A stretch of 64,000 nt of DNA from Octopus vulgaris (taxonomy: Eukaryota). Shown one piece after another: positions 24,069 to 38,410 of this stretch. The notes beneath the pieces are model-generated. The model ran no database searches. It was not told the origin of the DNA and worked only from the letters and a program-made list of their open reading frames with translations. The DNA is taken from assembly GCA_951406725.2 (NCBI GenBank), contig OX597838.1, positions 27,590,001 through 27,654,000 on the forward strand. The letters run 5' to 3'. A program made the translations under genes and the position numbers. The stretch's first letter is position 1, and each line of letters starts with the position of its first letter.

Positions 24069-25628
24069 GCAAAACATCTTTGTAACAAAGTAATTGAAAC
24101 CAGCAGGAAGTAACTTCCTATATTTTATTGAAAGCAAACCAATCAGATTCTATGTACCGATATGTTGCTTGTTACTAAACAATGGTGGCCAGCAGAACAA
24201 GACTGTTGTCTAGTGTTTAGTCTTGGCTCTGTATATACAGATTAAAACTCCAATAGTGCAGAGAGGCAATTTAGTTTTGCCTTTCATCTCATTCAAGACT
24301 GATAAAATAGCTACCAGCAGATAAATTTGATTTCTCCATACAATCTATTCCTTCAAAAAAATTAGATTTGTATCTCGTTGAGTCAGCGTCATTGTCATCG
24401 TCATCACTTCTGCATTGGCTTTTCCCATATTGTCATGGGTTGAAAGAGGCTTATTGAAGACGTGTTTGACAGCTGGATGATACCTGTACTTGTTTTTCTA
24501 AGCGAGACATTTTTATCCTGCTTGTCTTCACATACCAAATTCCTTTTAGTGTAACAAATAACAAATCATATTCCAAGACACAAAAACTCGTTACAAAGGT
24601 ATGCATCCATCCCGGGTAGAAAAGGTATGAAGATAATAGAGTAAATCATTTCTAATCAGTTGGTTGGCCTATACTTTTGAATGTAGTTTAAGATGTGTGC
24701 TAGACTGGCTCTGTGCTTAACAAGCTCACCATGCGACCAAGCGCTTTTGGGGTTTGGTCCCACTGCATGGCACCTTGGGTAAATATCTTCTACTATAGTC
24801 CTCAGCCAACCAATGTCATATGAGTGAATTTCGTAGATGGAAGCTGAGTGGGAATCCATTATATATATGTTTGAAGGTGGCGAGCTGACAGAAATGTTAG
24901 CACACCGGGTGGAATACTTAGCGGTTTTTCATCTGTCATTATGTTCTGAGTTCAAATTCCTCTGAGGTTGACTTTGCCTCTCATCCTTTTGAGGTTGATA
25001 AATTAAGTACCAGTCTGGTAGATTTGTATCTTGTTCCTTTGTAATGATTTGGATGCAGTTGCTAGATTTTTAACCCTTGAGCTATCTAGCACTGGCTATC
25101 ATCATCATCATCATCATCGTGTGCTTGCTTTCCATGGCCTAGATTGGACAAACCACTGGTTCAGTTCTTAATTTGGAGTTCCAGCTCTCCAATGCAAGTC
25201 AAAGCACCACATCCCACTTGTGTTTATTTTTGACACAGTTTTCTACACTTGGATGATCTTTCCCCCATAACAATTGCTTCTACAGGGTGTATTCTGTGCA
25301 TTATGTCATGGCAGCAGCATTAGAGAGGTCATCATGTTTTGATAACTAGGAACCGTCTCTTAAAACCCAAGACACTACCTTAACAGAAGATGCAACTGCA
25401 CACCATCATATTCACTACCAGACTCATTGAATTAATGTGTAAGTGGTCAAGTATTCCACAGACTCATAGCCTTAATGTATCTCTGAGGTAGAATCAACCT
25501 GACATGGTGTATGACCTGGCTGGAGTTTGAAATCAGAATGCATTTACAATTGATTTCTGTCTATCCACTTTCAGTCACAATCTAATTGGTTGACCCAGGG
25601 CTATAAAAAAAAAATTACACTTGCTTAA

Positions 25629-26057
25629 CCCTTTAGTGTTCAGATTATTCTATCAAACATAATGCTTATTGATTCACATTGATTTGAATTAATCATGCAT
25701 TATCTCATATCTTCAAGATGTTGATGGTGTAATTACTTAATGTAGAATAACATTGTTGGGTAGGTGTGAGAGCCTGGATCTGGTCAGTTTGAACATAAAA
25801 CAGATTAACTATTTTGGCCGGATATGGCTGGTTTAACCCTTTAGTGTTCAGATTACTCTGTTAAATGTAATACTTTTTCACTCAAATTGTTTTGAATTAA
25901 TCCTGGATCATCTTAAAGCTTTGAGGTTTCAATGATGTGATTACTTATTTTTAGAATGGCATTGTAGGTTAGGTGTGAGAGGCTAGATATCGCCAGTTTG
26001 AATATAAAACATGTGGAATATATTGGGCCGGATTTGGCCAGTTTAAACACTAAAGGG
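25629..26057. mobile_element. Two tandem/nested TTAA MITEs
   Basis: TTAACCCTTTAGTGTTCAGATTA twice (about 25625 and 25833) and terminal AACACTAAAGGGTTAA. Confidence 0.75.
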
Positions 26058-26837
26058 TTAAGCATGATCTTCTCACCAAAATTTATTCTGAGGTTCTTGC
26101 AGCAGCATGACCTTGTCCTAAATGCTTCCATCGACCAACAACAGATGATGTTAAAAAACAAGACAACATGGTGGTATGCTTCATATTTCGATAAAACGAA
26201 GGAGGGAGTGTGTGCGTGGTGGACAGGTTAGATGGATATTATATGCAGCGGATATGATATCAGCATGCACAATATACGGTGGAACTCAGCTCAGCTTAAC
26301 TCAGCTCCGCTCTGCACTGATGACGGGGGAATGAAACTATGAAACCACTCTCCTTCTACTGATAACAAGATAACAATGGTAAACACCTCATCAGCCAAAC
26401 CATTTATGACTCCCTTTCTCCTACACTCTCTCTCTCCTCCTATCAGACTACCCTATCCTTCTGCCGCTTTCCTTCCCCCTTTAATTTCTCCTTTTTAATA
26501 TTTCATTATAAAATATTTTACATTACATTATTTATTTCATTGTCTCTCACTGTTTATTTCTCTCTGATATTTAAATGGCATTTATACTACAGCGTTAAAT
26601 TAGCATTTTTTTTTTTTTCGGTCTAAATTTATGCCATGACAGAGTGTAGTATGTATTGTTATATCCTCTTTCCTAGTTAAACCTCACATACTACAGGAGA
26701 AAGTCGATAAAAGTTTCCTTGATAACTTGCCAGCAGTGATGGTCATATAATTGGAAGCAAACAATTAGATTCATCTTAATTATCTCCTAAACTTGTGCCC
26801 TGGATCCTACTTCCCCTTCTTTGTAAACTTTCTATGG

Positions 26838-26839
26838 GG

Positions 26840-26872
<33 letters not shown>

Positions 26873-26886
26873 AATATATATACATA

Positions 26887-26968
<82 letters not shown>

Positions 26969-27043
26969 CATATACATACATATATATATATATACATATA
27001 CATATATATATATATATATATATACATACATATATATATATAT

Positions 27044-27112
<69 letters not shown>
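26838..27112. repeat. Long compound (TA)n/(CA)n microsatellite; similar tracts at 21727-22003, 34418-34540, 45548-46060, 46353-46410 and 59580-60060
   Basis: Seen directly. Confidence 0.95.
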
Positions 27113-27113
<1 letters not shown>

Positions 27114-27467
27114 TTATGTGCGTCTCTCTGTTGTTTGATTATATAATAATAATATACATTGCATGTGTGTGATTTACAAGTGTGTGTAGATGTGTGTGTG
27201 TGTGTGCTGTGAGGATGTGTTGAGGGAGGTGCCTGGAAAAATTTAGAAAAGTATGCCAAATATCTCTAATTGCAATGATGATAATGTTGATCTATATTCG
27301 TTTACTTCTTCACCGGTTAGGCACATCTAAAATTAGAATTGGTGTCATAAACATCTATAGATTTGTGTATGCATGTGTGTGTGTGAGAGAGAAAGTGTGT
27401 GTGTTTATATATATATATGTATATATATATTCATATATAATATATATATATATTCATATATAATATA

Positions 27468-27885
27468 GGTGCAGGAGTGGATGTGTGGTAAGTAGCTTGC
27501 TTACCAACCACATGGCTCCAGGTTCAGTCCCACTGTGTGGCACCTTTGGCAAGTGTCTTCTACCATAGCATCAGGTCGACCAAAGCCTTGTGAGTTGATT
27601 TGGTAGACAGAAACTGGAAGAAGCTCGTCGTGTGTGTATGTGTGTATATATATGTGTGTGAGTGTGTATTTGTATGTGTGTGTATCTGTTTGTCTCCCCT
27701 CCATTGTTTTCCAACCGATGCTGGTGTGTTTATGTTCCTGTAACTTAGCAGTTTGGCAAAAGGGACTGATAGAATAAATAGTAGTCGCCTTAGAAAGAAT
27801 AAGTTCTGGGGTCGATTTCTTTGACTAACATGCTTTGAGGTGGTGCTCCAGCATAGCCTCAGTCAAATGACTAAAACAAGTAAAG
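27468..27885 (+). mobile_element. SINE family A (older)
   Basis: Diverged full-length copy. Confidence 0.85.
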
Positions 27886-29379
27886 CAATACAGCTATATA
27901 CATGCACATGTGTGTGTGCGTGCGTGCATGTGTGTGTGTGTGTGTGTGTGTAGTTGCTAAAGATTGTGTAGTTTGTTCGTGGTTTGTATGTTTTCACAGC
28001 AAGATTAAATACATGTTTGTTAAACATATCATCTTTGACTTGTGTGTATATATTTATTCATAACCCCACTGTGAGACTTATGGAGTTATAAAGTCTGGGC
28101 ACGTGTGCATGTGTGTATGTGTGCAATTGCGCGCATGTATATGTGTATGTAAAATGACTACTTCTTGGCCGAGAGTGGTGTCTGCATCAAGTTATAAATG
28201 AGACTCCTCCAGTAATTTATTGAAATGTCAAAATATTTATTTAAACAAAAAAAAACATACACACACACACAAACACAACCCCCTCCCTTATGAGATAGAA
28301 AATAAATTTTGAAATAATTTTTCTCTATAAGAAATAGACACTTTAAGAAAATAGAATCCAATGGATGCTTGTTTTTGGATTTTTTTTTTTTTCTTTGCTA
28401 TTTAGTCCCAGATCTTGTCTGACTGGTCAGGCATTATGATTAAAGACATTCCAACCCTAACCATCCTGCCTTTTCTCTTTCTCTCTCTCTCTCTCTCTCT
28501 CCACATTGTGTATGTAGGACTACATTATTCTAGTGTGTCTTTCCTTCAGGCTGCTTTACCCTAGGTGTATCTTGACAGAGCAAAATTGTCATCAAAGATA
28601 TCCCTACCATGATCACACACACACACACACACGCACACACACACACAGAGTCAACAGATCAGATCTAGAAGTTCTTGGCATGGAAAACGGTTAGTAGTGC
28701 TCAAATGATTCAACCTTTGAGCTGATATGGAGACAATTATGCAGATAAACAAATTAAATATAACAGCTTGGCTTTTAAAGTAACCCCACTGATGTTGGTG
28801 CTATGGTAAAAGGAACACAGTACACTCTGCAAAGGGTTTTGGTGACCAAGGAGAGACAACATTAGGTGAAGAGTATTCTTTTGTCTTGTTGAGGACCTGA
28901 TAACCTCTATTGTGGTGCTGCCTTGATAAAACATCTCTCGGACTCTTCATAAATTGGTTGATGATAGGAAGGGCGTCCATCCATTGAAATCAATCCGAAA
29001 GTGAAAAGAATGAGTGAAATATGGTTCTCCAAGTTGTCTAGGTGGGCAGTAATTCTGAATAGTAACTGACTGTGGCCATGACAACCAAATTCATGTCAGC
29101 ATGGAAATGGACATAAAATGGTGATGGTGATTTTACAAGACCGTTACACTCTGATTTCCTTTGGTTTTGCTCTTAACTCTTGCTGGTAATACTCATACAA
29201 TCTCACTCTGTACTGTAGACCAGGTTATGGAATCCTTTTACAAGAAGCTGGCCGTGTGAAACGCAGCTCATTACTTCTGTTTGAGGATGCCATTCAGGAA
29301 GTCCTGCTGGCCTGTTATTGCCCACCACCTCAGATTGTCCACCAACATTCCACTGTCGGACTGAAGTCTATGCATAGAA

Positions 29380-30075
29380 TGACACGTTACACTACAGCCC
29401 CACATATAGTCACACTAATCTATTCCTCTACATATAATCACAACTGTACACTGCAGTACTCCTCATGCAGTCACACAACACAGTGTACTCCTCCACTTAC
29501 AGTCACACTTGACTGTTGTCTCCACATAGTCACATACTACATGGTACCCCTCCACTTACAATCACACTTCACTGTAGTCTCCACATAGTCACATACTACA
29601 TGGTACCCCTCCACTTACAGTCACACTTCACTGTAGTCTCCACTTACAGTCACACTTCACTGTAGTCTCCGCATAGTCACATACTACATGGTACACCTCC
29701 ACTTACAGTCACACTTCACTGTAGTCTCCACATAGTCACATACTACATGGTACCCCTCCACTTACAGTCACACTTCACTGTAGTCTCCACATAGTCACAT
29801 ACTACATGGTACCCCTCCACTTACAGTCACACTTCACTGTAGTCTCCACATAGTCGCATACTACAATGGTACCCCTCCACATACAGTCACACACTACACT
29901 CTATCCTCCACATATAGTTGCACACTACACTATATTCCTCCATGTACAGTCACACTCTACACTTCGCTCTGCAATGCAGTCACACACCTCACTGTACCCT
30001 CCACATAGTCACACACTAGTGTATCCCCCCCCCACATACAATCACTAGACTTTACTCCTCCACACAGAGTCACTC
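29380..30075. repeat. Minisatellite with 59-bp higher-order unit (30+29-bp subunits)
   Basis: CTCCACATAGTCACATACTACATGGTACCC + CTCCACTTACAGTCACACTTCACTGTAGT; homogeneous core about 29490-29890 with degenerate edges. Confidence 0.9.
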
Positions 30076-30924
30076 TCTCCACCCTCTGACTCTATACACA
30101 CACAAAAACATTGGATTTATCAGATTGAAAATTACCTTTTGTCAACCGAGTCATTGTTGCTCGGAGATGTTTGTCGAAATTATCTTGATCCTAAATGTCA
30201 ATATTAAATACCGGGACCTCGACGCAGCTTGCTTGTTCGTTAACAAACGATGTTGATTGATCACATTTTGCTCAATCAATAAAATCTGTACAGTCAGCAA
30301 TGGATTGATTTGCTATCAGTAATCAACCTTTTACAAAATAAATACACATCACTGTTCTGCTCATTTAAAACAAAATTATCTTGGACTGTCTTTACTTCTT
30401 CCTTCTTTTCTTCCTTCTTTTCTCTGAATTTGTCAACATTTTCCTTTTCTTCTTTATGCTTTGGTTTTATTTTTCATTGTCTTTCTTACATACAAAGAAT
30501 AGAGAAACGAATATAGTTTCTTGTTTTTTTTTTTTTGTTTTTTTTTTATTATTTATATCCCAAATAATAAGAATTGGATTCTTGCAGTTTCAATCTCATC
30601 ATTAACATGTTTAAAGTTAATCAGAAATAATTACATGGTGAGGCAAGAAAACAGTATTAATGAAAGACAACTCTGGGAATGCGTCGACGTTATTCTGAAC
30701 ACCTCAGCAAAACACAGCATTTGCTGTACTTACATAAAGTACTGATGACAACGAATAAAATTTTTTTAAAATTTTAATGTTTAATATTTGGTTTAGAAGT
30801 ATAAGTAATAAGATTGTTAGTTGTTGCAACAGTAGTTCCCAGTCTGGGGTCTGCAGACCCCTGGTGGTTTGCAAAGGTAGTACTGGGGGTCCATGAACTA
30901 AATAAAAAATTTCATATATATATA

Positions 30925-31319
30925 GGTGCAAGAGTGGCTGTGTGGTAAGTAGCTTGCTTACCAACCACATGGTTCCAGGTTCAGTCCCACTGCGTGGCAA
31001 CTTGGGCAAATGTCTTCTACTATAGCCTCGGGCCGACCAAAGCCTTGTGAGTGGATTTGGTAGATGGAAACTGAAAGAAGCCTGTCGTATATATGTATAT
31101 ATATGTGCGTGTATGTTTGTGTGTCTGTGTTTGTCCCCCTAGCATTGCTTGACAACCGATGCTGGTGTGTTTACATCGCCGTAACTTAGCGGTTCAGCAA
31201 AAGCGACCGATAGAATAAGTACTGGGCTTACAAAGAATAAGTCCCGGGGTCGATTTGCTCAACTAAAAGCAGTGCTCCAGCATGGCCGCAGTCAAATGAC
31301 TGAAACAAGTAAAAGAGTA
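30925..31319 (+). mobile_element. SINE family A
   Basis: Full-length copy. Confidence 0.9.
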
Positions 31320-31629
31320 TATACACACACACACATACACACATATATATGAGTTTGGAGGGATATATTATCTGGGCAGATACCCTGTTAGCTCTCAGTT
31401 AGGTTCCAGATGCCGGCTAACCACAACGGTCAGTATCCAGTGCCTGTGTTTACAATGTTTACCTCAGCCAGTTTGCTTCGAAGAAGATCAAATGGATTCT
31501 GGCGAAACTGCATTGACAATGTTGCAAGGTTGCATCTACAACAATGTGCAATCGCTGCAGTGGAAGCACATGTAGGTCATTGCAATATGCTGTATATAAC
31601 TATAAAATAAATACCCTGGATGTACAAAT

Positions 31630-32162
31630 TTCCATGCTTCTATTTGATCAGTCCACTTATGCATACCTTTCCTTCTTGGGACACAAAACTCTACTTGTGA
31701 AGACCTGTTGAGGCATGTGAGAATCAGAATCAAAATCGAAATCTATCAACATCAATGGAAATTGTAGCTGTGATACAAGTGCCAAGGGCACGTAAGAGAA
31801 CCATCCGAACGTGGCCGTTGCCAGCGCCGCCCCAACTGGCCTCTGTGCCGGTGGCACGTAAAAAGCACCATCCAGTCGTGGCCGTTGCCAGTCTCGCCTG
31901 GCCTCCGTGCCGGTGGCACGTAAAAACCATCAGCTGATCGTTGCCATTGCCAGCCTCATCTGGCACCTGTGTCAGTGGCACGTAATAAGTCCCCACTACA
32001 CTCACGGAGTGGTTGGCGTTAGGAAGGGCATCCAGCCGTAGAAACATTGCCAGATCAGACTGGGCCTGGTGCAGCCTTCTGGCTTCCCAGACCCCAGTTG
32101 AACCGTCCAACCCATGCTAGCATGGAAAGCGGACGCTAAATGACGATGATGATGATGATGAT
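31630..32162 (+). mobile_element. RTE LINE 3' UTR with internal GTGCCGGTGGCACGTAAAAAGCACC repeats and (GAT)n tail; further copies at about 33460-33748 (-), 39330-39672 (+), 47170-47527 (+) and 56850-57090 (-)
   Basis: Matches 2355-2605, which follows an RTE-like ORF end. Confidence 0.75.
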
Positions 32163-33087
32163 AGATATATGGATTTTTGCATGTCCACAAGCTTCCGCAC
32201 AGATTCTGTTACCAAATTCTTAACCTAGGACGACTATAGAAGACACTTGCCCTCAGCGCTGTCCATTAGGACTGAACTCAACATACTGTGGTTACCAAAT
32301 GAGCTTCTTAACTACACAGCCATGCCTGTGCCTATGGGGTGGTTATGAGGATTCTTTTCCATTCTTTTCTTCTTCTTTTTGTTTTCCATTTTTCATCTTC
32401 TTGACAACCTGTATGGCGTAGTTGGGCTAAAGCGTTGTTGGTTGTGATGAGAGCTTGAACCAATACAAACACAGAGCAGATAGAGATACTGTAAACACGA
32501 GGAGGTCAATAGCCTGAAAAAAAAATGATAATCTTAATAACAACTCATCTACAACATTTTGACATTTAATCAATCATTAAGCTTTGTTTTCATCTAAAAT
32601 ATATCACCTTATCAAATATTTTCATCTCTCGATAAATTCTAAACTTAAGTACTTAATTTCACCAGCTTCCAGTGTATAACTGATACACCAGAGGGCAGAA
32701 GGTGATCTTACAGGCAAACTAAAACAAAATGCTCTTGAGGGATGGGACCTTTATGAAGTCGTTTGATTTGTTAGAAATAGCAACCATGTCCCACAAGAAC
32801 AGGGTAGTACTGGCTTGAGAAGAAAGGGAGTGTGTATATCCATGGTAATGTAGTTTTTGATAGACTATACTTTCAGAAAAAATAAAGGAGGAGACCGGAT
32901 GGTCTCATGGTCACACCTTCAACACCTTTGATTGGAGGCTGCTCAACTAAACCAGGCTTGTTGGCTAAGCAGCAAATCTCTCCATTGTTGATGTCATCAT
33001 CAGCTTACATCCACTTTACATGTGAGCATGGATTGGAAATAGCATTATGGAACTACAGTGGAAAAATCTATATCTGTCTATATATAT

Positions 33088-33334
33088 GTAGGTCCCGGGT
33101 TGAGTCGGGGTTAACCACAGTAAATAAGGTACTCAATACATAGCAGAGTAAATTAATTTATTATGTAGAAGGAGCTTCTACAGGACTAGAACTGTTTCAT
33201 TCAAAAGAAATCATCAGGAAGCTAGTAGACAAGAGTTGTTTTGGCATAAAACAACTCTTGTCTACTAGCTTCCTGATGATTTCTTTTGAATGAAACAGTT
33301 CTAGTCCTGTAGAAGCTCCTTCTACATAATAAAT
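33088..33334. mobile_element. Penelope-like fold-back element: perfect 87-bp inverted repeat, 16-bp TSD
   Basis: Arms 33156-33242 and 33248-33334 with loop GGCAT; ATCTGTCTATATATAT at 33072-33087 and 33333-33348. Confidence 0.8.
33267..33317 (+). ncRNA. Type I hammerhead ribozyme fold with canonical core (mirror copy 33173-33223 on -)
   Basis: AGCUUC-CUGAUGA-U-UUC uuuu GAA-U-GAA-ACAG uucuaguc CUGU-A|GAAGCU; GUA cleavage triplet. Confidence 0.82.
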
Positions 33335-33335
33335 C

Positions 33336-33373
<38 letters not shown>

Positions 33374-33743
33374 TGCATGTGTGTGTATGTATATGCATAT
33401 ATATATATACATGAGTGTATGTATATGCATGCATATGTGTGTATGTATATGCATATATATCATCATCGTTTAACGTCCGTTTTCCGTGCTTGCACGGGTT
33501 GGACGGTCCGACCGGGGTCTGGGAAGCCAGGAGGCTGCACCAGGAGGCTCCAGTCTGATCTGGCAGTGTTTCTACAGCTGGATGCCCTTCCTAATGCCAA
33601 CCACTCTGTGAGTGTAGTGGGTGCTTTTAATGTGCCACCGACACAGGTGCCAGGGGAGGCTGGCAGCGGCCACGATCAGTTGGTGCTTTTTACGTGCCAC
33701 CAGCACAGAAGCCAGTGAAGGCGGTGCTGGCATCGGCCACATT

Positions 33744-33778
<35 letters not shown>

Positions 33779-34432
33779 TGGGAGCTAAACATAGAGGAGA
33801 CAAACAAGAATAGACAAAGGGATTAAGTCGATTACATCGATCCGAGTGCATAACTGGTACTTATTTAATCGACCCCCGAAAGGATGAAAGGCAAAGTCGA
33901 CCTCAGCAGAATTTGAACTCAGAACGTAACGGCAGACGAAAGACCGCTAAGCACTTTGCTTATTGGACTGTGGCCATGTTGGGGCACCACCTTGACGGTT
34001 TTGTTAATAAATTGATCCCAGTACTTACTTTAAGCCTGATACTTATTCTATTTGGAGTCTTTTGCTGAACTGTTAAGTTACAGGGACATAAACAAACCGA
34101 CAGCAGTTGTCAAGAAGTTGTTGGAGACGTACATATATATATTTTACAAACTCACACACACGTGTAAAACACATCCTGACTACACTGTAAAGTGGTTGGC
34201 ATTTGGAAGGCCCTTCCAGTTGTAAAAACCATGCCAAAACTGACCTTGCCTGTGTTGGTGCTACATAAAAAGCACTCGGTCCACTCTGCAGAGAGGTTGG
34301 TGTTAGGAAGGGCATCCAGCTGTAAAAACCATGACAAATCAGACTCAGTAACCTGGGGTAGTAACCAGCTCCTGTCAAACTGTCCAACCCATGGAAGGCA
34401 GGCATTAAATGATGATTATATATATATATATG

Positions 34433-34516
<84 letters not shown>

Positions 34517-34871
34517 TACACACACACACACACACACATATAGTCAGCCTATGCAGTCTCCCAATGTAGAATTTCTGAGACACTTTCTGTCCCAATTGTC
34601 CACTTGAGAACTGATGTTCACAAGTTCAAATCCAAGCTAATGGCCACTTACACTCACTTAACCTTCCCTTGTACTTCTGGAAAAATCTGAAAAAGCCCCC
34701 CCCCTTGCCCCCCCTACCAACACCACATATTTTCTTGTCCTCCACAGATTAACGAATTACAAAAACAAACAAAAAGAAATTAAGCACCAGTAAACGATAT
34801 TAATTAGTATAATGATAATGACATTATCATTTCAGCTGGTATTTTTATTTTTGATTTTCTTTGTGTATGTA

Positions 34872-34910
<39 letters not shown>

Positions 34911-37339
34911 ATAAACATGCGTACACAGACATTTACACACTTGTAGGAACAGACAGACTTAGCAGTCTACAGGTATATTTATCCCATTTAAAAGTAAGCC
35001 TTCTGTCTCTTTAATAATATATATTTATGATTGTGTTAGTGTGTGTGTATGTGTGTGCATATATGTCACACACCCGTACATGTGCACACATAAATTCCGA
35101 ACATTCTTCACTAATTGCATGTTCTCTTAAAATAACCTGACAAAAAACCTCCTCCCTCACACACAATCTGTCGTTCGCTCAGTCTCTCTCTCCCTCTCTT
35201 TCTCTCTCTACCTATCTCTTTCGCTGTCCCCGGTCTCCCACCTCCCAGTCTGCACTCTTCTTCCTCCTGCCCCTCTCTCTCTTCCCTCTCTCAGTCTGTC
35301 ATTACACACTGATTACAACAATCACCGCCAAGATGTCTTATCTTATTTTCATTTTTATTTCCACTGAGGTAAAAATTAGACATTGTACCCAACACTTCCA
35401 TATTTAGCATCCCCCAGTTTTTCCTCAGTACATGCAGACATACATATATGCCATCTTCCTGTTCCCAATCTCCATCACCACCTCCTATCATTGTTGTTCT
35501 GTAAACTTTCTTCAATTGTGATGTTCTTCCAGCCTTATACAATTGTATACAATATCATCATCATCATCGCTATCATCTCCATCATGTTCATCATCACATT
35601 CACTTTTCCATGTTCTTATGGTTCAGATGGAATTAGTTGTGGCAGTTTCCCTACAGCTGGATACCTTTCCTGTTGCCAACCCTCCCTTGTCTCCAAACAA
35701 AACAATATCTTCCCATGACCAGCATTTCGCCCAGCGTTGTAATGTGTCTGCCAGCTCATCGCTTTGCTGGGATCCCATACAAGGAGAGTTCTACATCCTT
35801 GGTCACTTACACCTCTTATAAACCGGGTTAAGCTCTGGCATTATGTGTCCTAGGGCTCAAGACAGACCACCAACATATGCAATTACGTTAATTGTAAAAA
35901 TTACTAACTGTAGACTAAAAGTCTGAAACATAGAACAATGTAATAATGACTTGTAGGGACACCATATTTCATTATGCAACCACGATATACAACAAAGTAT
36001 ATTTAATACTTTATAAGCCACTACTGTGTTAGCAGTGCCATTAAATTACTTGTTACGGTTATCTCTACAGATTTCCAACAGAAATTACAGCCTACACTGA
36101 TTTGTTACATTAGGCGTATTCAGATATGAAACGTTGCAACAAATCAGTATTGGCTATAATTTCTATTGAGAATAACCTTAACAAGAACAATGTAACTACA
36201 AGATGGAGTCTCACAAAACTTTACTCATGGCTAAAAAAAAAAAAAAAATACATGATTATTAGTTGGTTACAACATAATACATCTAACTGTGAATTAATGT
36301 TTAGCGGTGATATTCTTAACCCCTTTAATACCAACCTATCTGAGATCACCTCTGGTTCTATGATACAAGTTTCCTGGTTTTAAAAGTGGTTCTAAATTAA
36401 AACCATCCATCAAAATTTCATGTTAATTTGTGTTCTAAAAGCATTATGGCAATGTTATTTCTCTGATTTTTCCGGTATTTTTTGAAATTTATTTAAACAG
36501 AGGCAGTGCGTTTTTAACAGAAATATGGTAATGAGAGGTTCAAGAGAATCTCTACAAATGAACAGTCGAGCAGTATTTTGTCTTTATTGCACTTAGAAGT
36601 GGAAATTCAAATTCACAGAAATATGAAGAAGGAAATGGCAGAAGACCTGTCATTCCTAATTCTGTTAGTATTGGAAAATTCTAATTTCACATTCAGCCAC
36701 GCAAAAAAAAAAAAAAAAGAAAGAAAGAAAGAAAGAGAGAGCAAAGTTCCAGTTTGTTCATGGAATTTCATGTTTGACACTCAAATTACATGACAGCTCT
36801 GCAAATGCTTGTGGAACCATCAAAGAAGGCTGCTTCACCTGTTCCATTGCTACAATATGGGTGATGGAACCAATCTCATTTGATATTGTCTGTCTCTGGT
36901 AGGAAATATTTGCACCTGTTTTTTAAACTCTGTGTGTGTATAAACAATATATGCATGTGTGTGTCTGTGTGTCCACCACCACTTGACAGCCAGTATTTCA
37001 TTATGCCCCTGTAACTTAGCAGTTCAGCAAAAAAGAGATTGACAGAATAAGTACCAGACTTTAAAAAAAAAAAAAGGTCAGCTTAAGTACAGGGGCCAAT
37101 CAAGGTGGTGCCCCAGCATGGCCACAGTCCAATGACTGAAACAAGTAAATCATAAAAGATAAAGACAAATAAAGGATGAAGCTGGTGTTTGGAACAGGAA
37201 TTATCATGAAATTTTGATGGAAGATTTTCATTTTGATTGTTTGAAATCATGTGATTTATATCACAGAACCAGGAATGGTCTCAGGCAGGATTCTTATCAA
37301 AAGGGTTAATAATTTGCTCAAATTGGTTGGTTATTCCTA

Positions 37340-37715
37340 ATTTCTGCAATTCTTTTACATTGGTTCCGTCTTGCTGTTGGCTACTGCAGTTCTATGCAAA
37401 TTGTTTACAGTTCCTTAGTTTTTGTAATTAAGTACAAGGCTTTGTCGGATGTTCTCAGGGATTTTTTCCTGAACAAGCATATGTTTTTCAAAAGATGTTT
37501 CTTTGAAATTCCAAAGGTTTCAGTAATCTCTGCAAAACCAAAAGATTTGCCTGCACAGGAAGCATGTCTGTTATTGAGATGTCTTGTAAGTTTATTAGGC
37601 TTCATATTTTCATTTCGGCAAATAATCATCAGAGAATTCAGCAGTCTGAAAGTTGCTTTTCGTATCTAAGAGCAAAAGTAGATCCCCATTAAAAAAGGGG
37701 AAAAACAGGTTCTCT
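37340..37715 (-). pseudogene. Decayed hAT (Buster/Charlie-like) transposase fragment
   Basis: NENMKPNKLTRHLNNRH resembles the NESMKPSKLKRHLxxKH BED-finger motif, followed by SLRTSDKALYLITKTKE (ALxASYxVAxxIAKxK-like). Confidence 0.7.
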
Positions 37716-38410
37716 GATTCTCCTTCTTTTCGCTCTGTGTGTGTGTGTGTGTGTGTGTGTGCACTTCAAATTCTTCAACTTCTTAGAGTTCCACTTGCTT
37801 TCCAATTCCTGATGCTGTTATCCAGGTTTCACAGAATCTGTTATTTCCTCTTCGATGGATGCAAGAGAGGGAGAGAGAGACAAGCATAATGCATGAAAAG
37901 ATGTAGTTTGGCTCATTTGGGGACGGGGTCAGAGGCGTGACTTAACCATTTAACAGTTAGACTGGTTACATCAGGCCTAAATATTCTACCTGCTTTGTGT
38001 CCAAAACCAGCCAGGTGCTGCCTCTCACACCTACTCTATCTACAATGTCATTCTAAAATTAAACAATCTCATCATTGAAATCTTGAAGCTGCAAAACAAT
38101 GCATGATTAATTCAAAACAATATCAATAAATAAGCATTTGACTGACATAAGATGATTATTATTATTATTATTATTAAGGCGGCAAGCTGGGAGAATCGTT
38201 AGCATGCTGGACAAAATGTTTAGTGGCATTTTGTCCGTCTTGACATTCTGAGTTCAAACCCCACTGAGGTCGACTTTGCCTTTCATCCTTTCAGGGTCGA
38301 TAATGTAAGTACCAGTGAAACTCTGAGGTTGATGTAATCAACTAGTCTCCTCTCCACAAATTTCAGGCCTTGTACCATTAGTAGAAAGGATTATTATTAT
38401 TATTATTATT

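Noticed and set aside
26317-26345. CTGATGA...GAAA as a hammerhead
   Set aside because: No stem I, II or III pairing; likewise 30742, 40653 and 53093.
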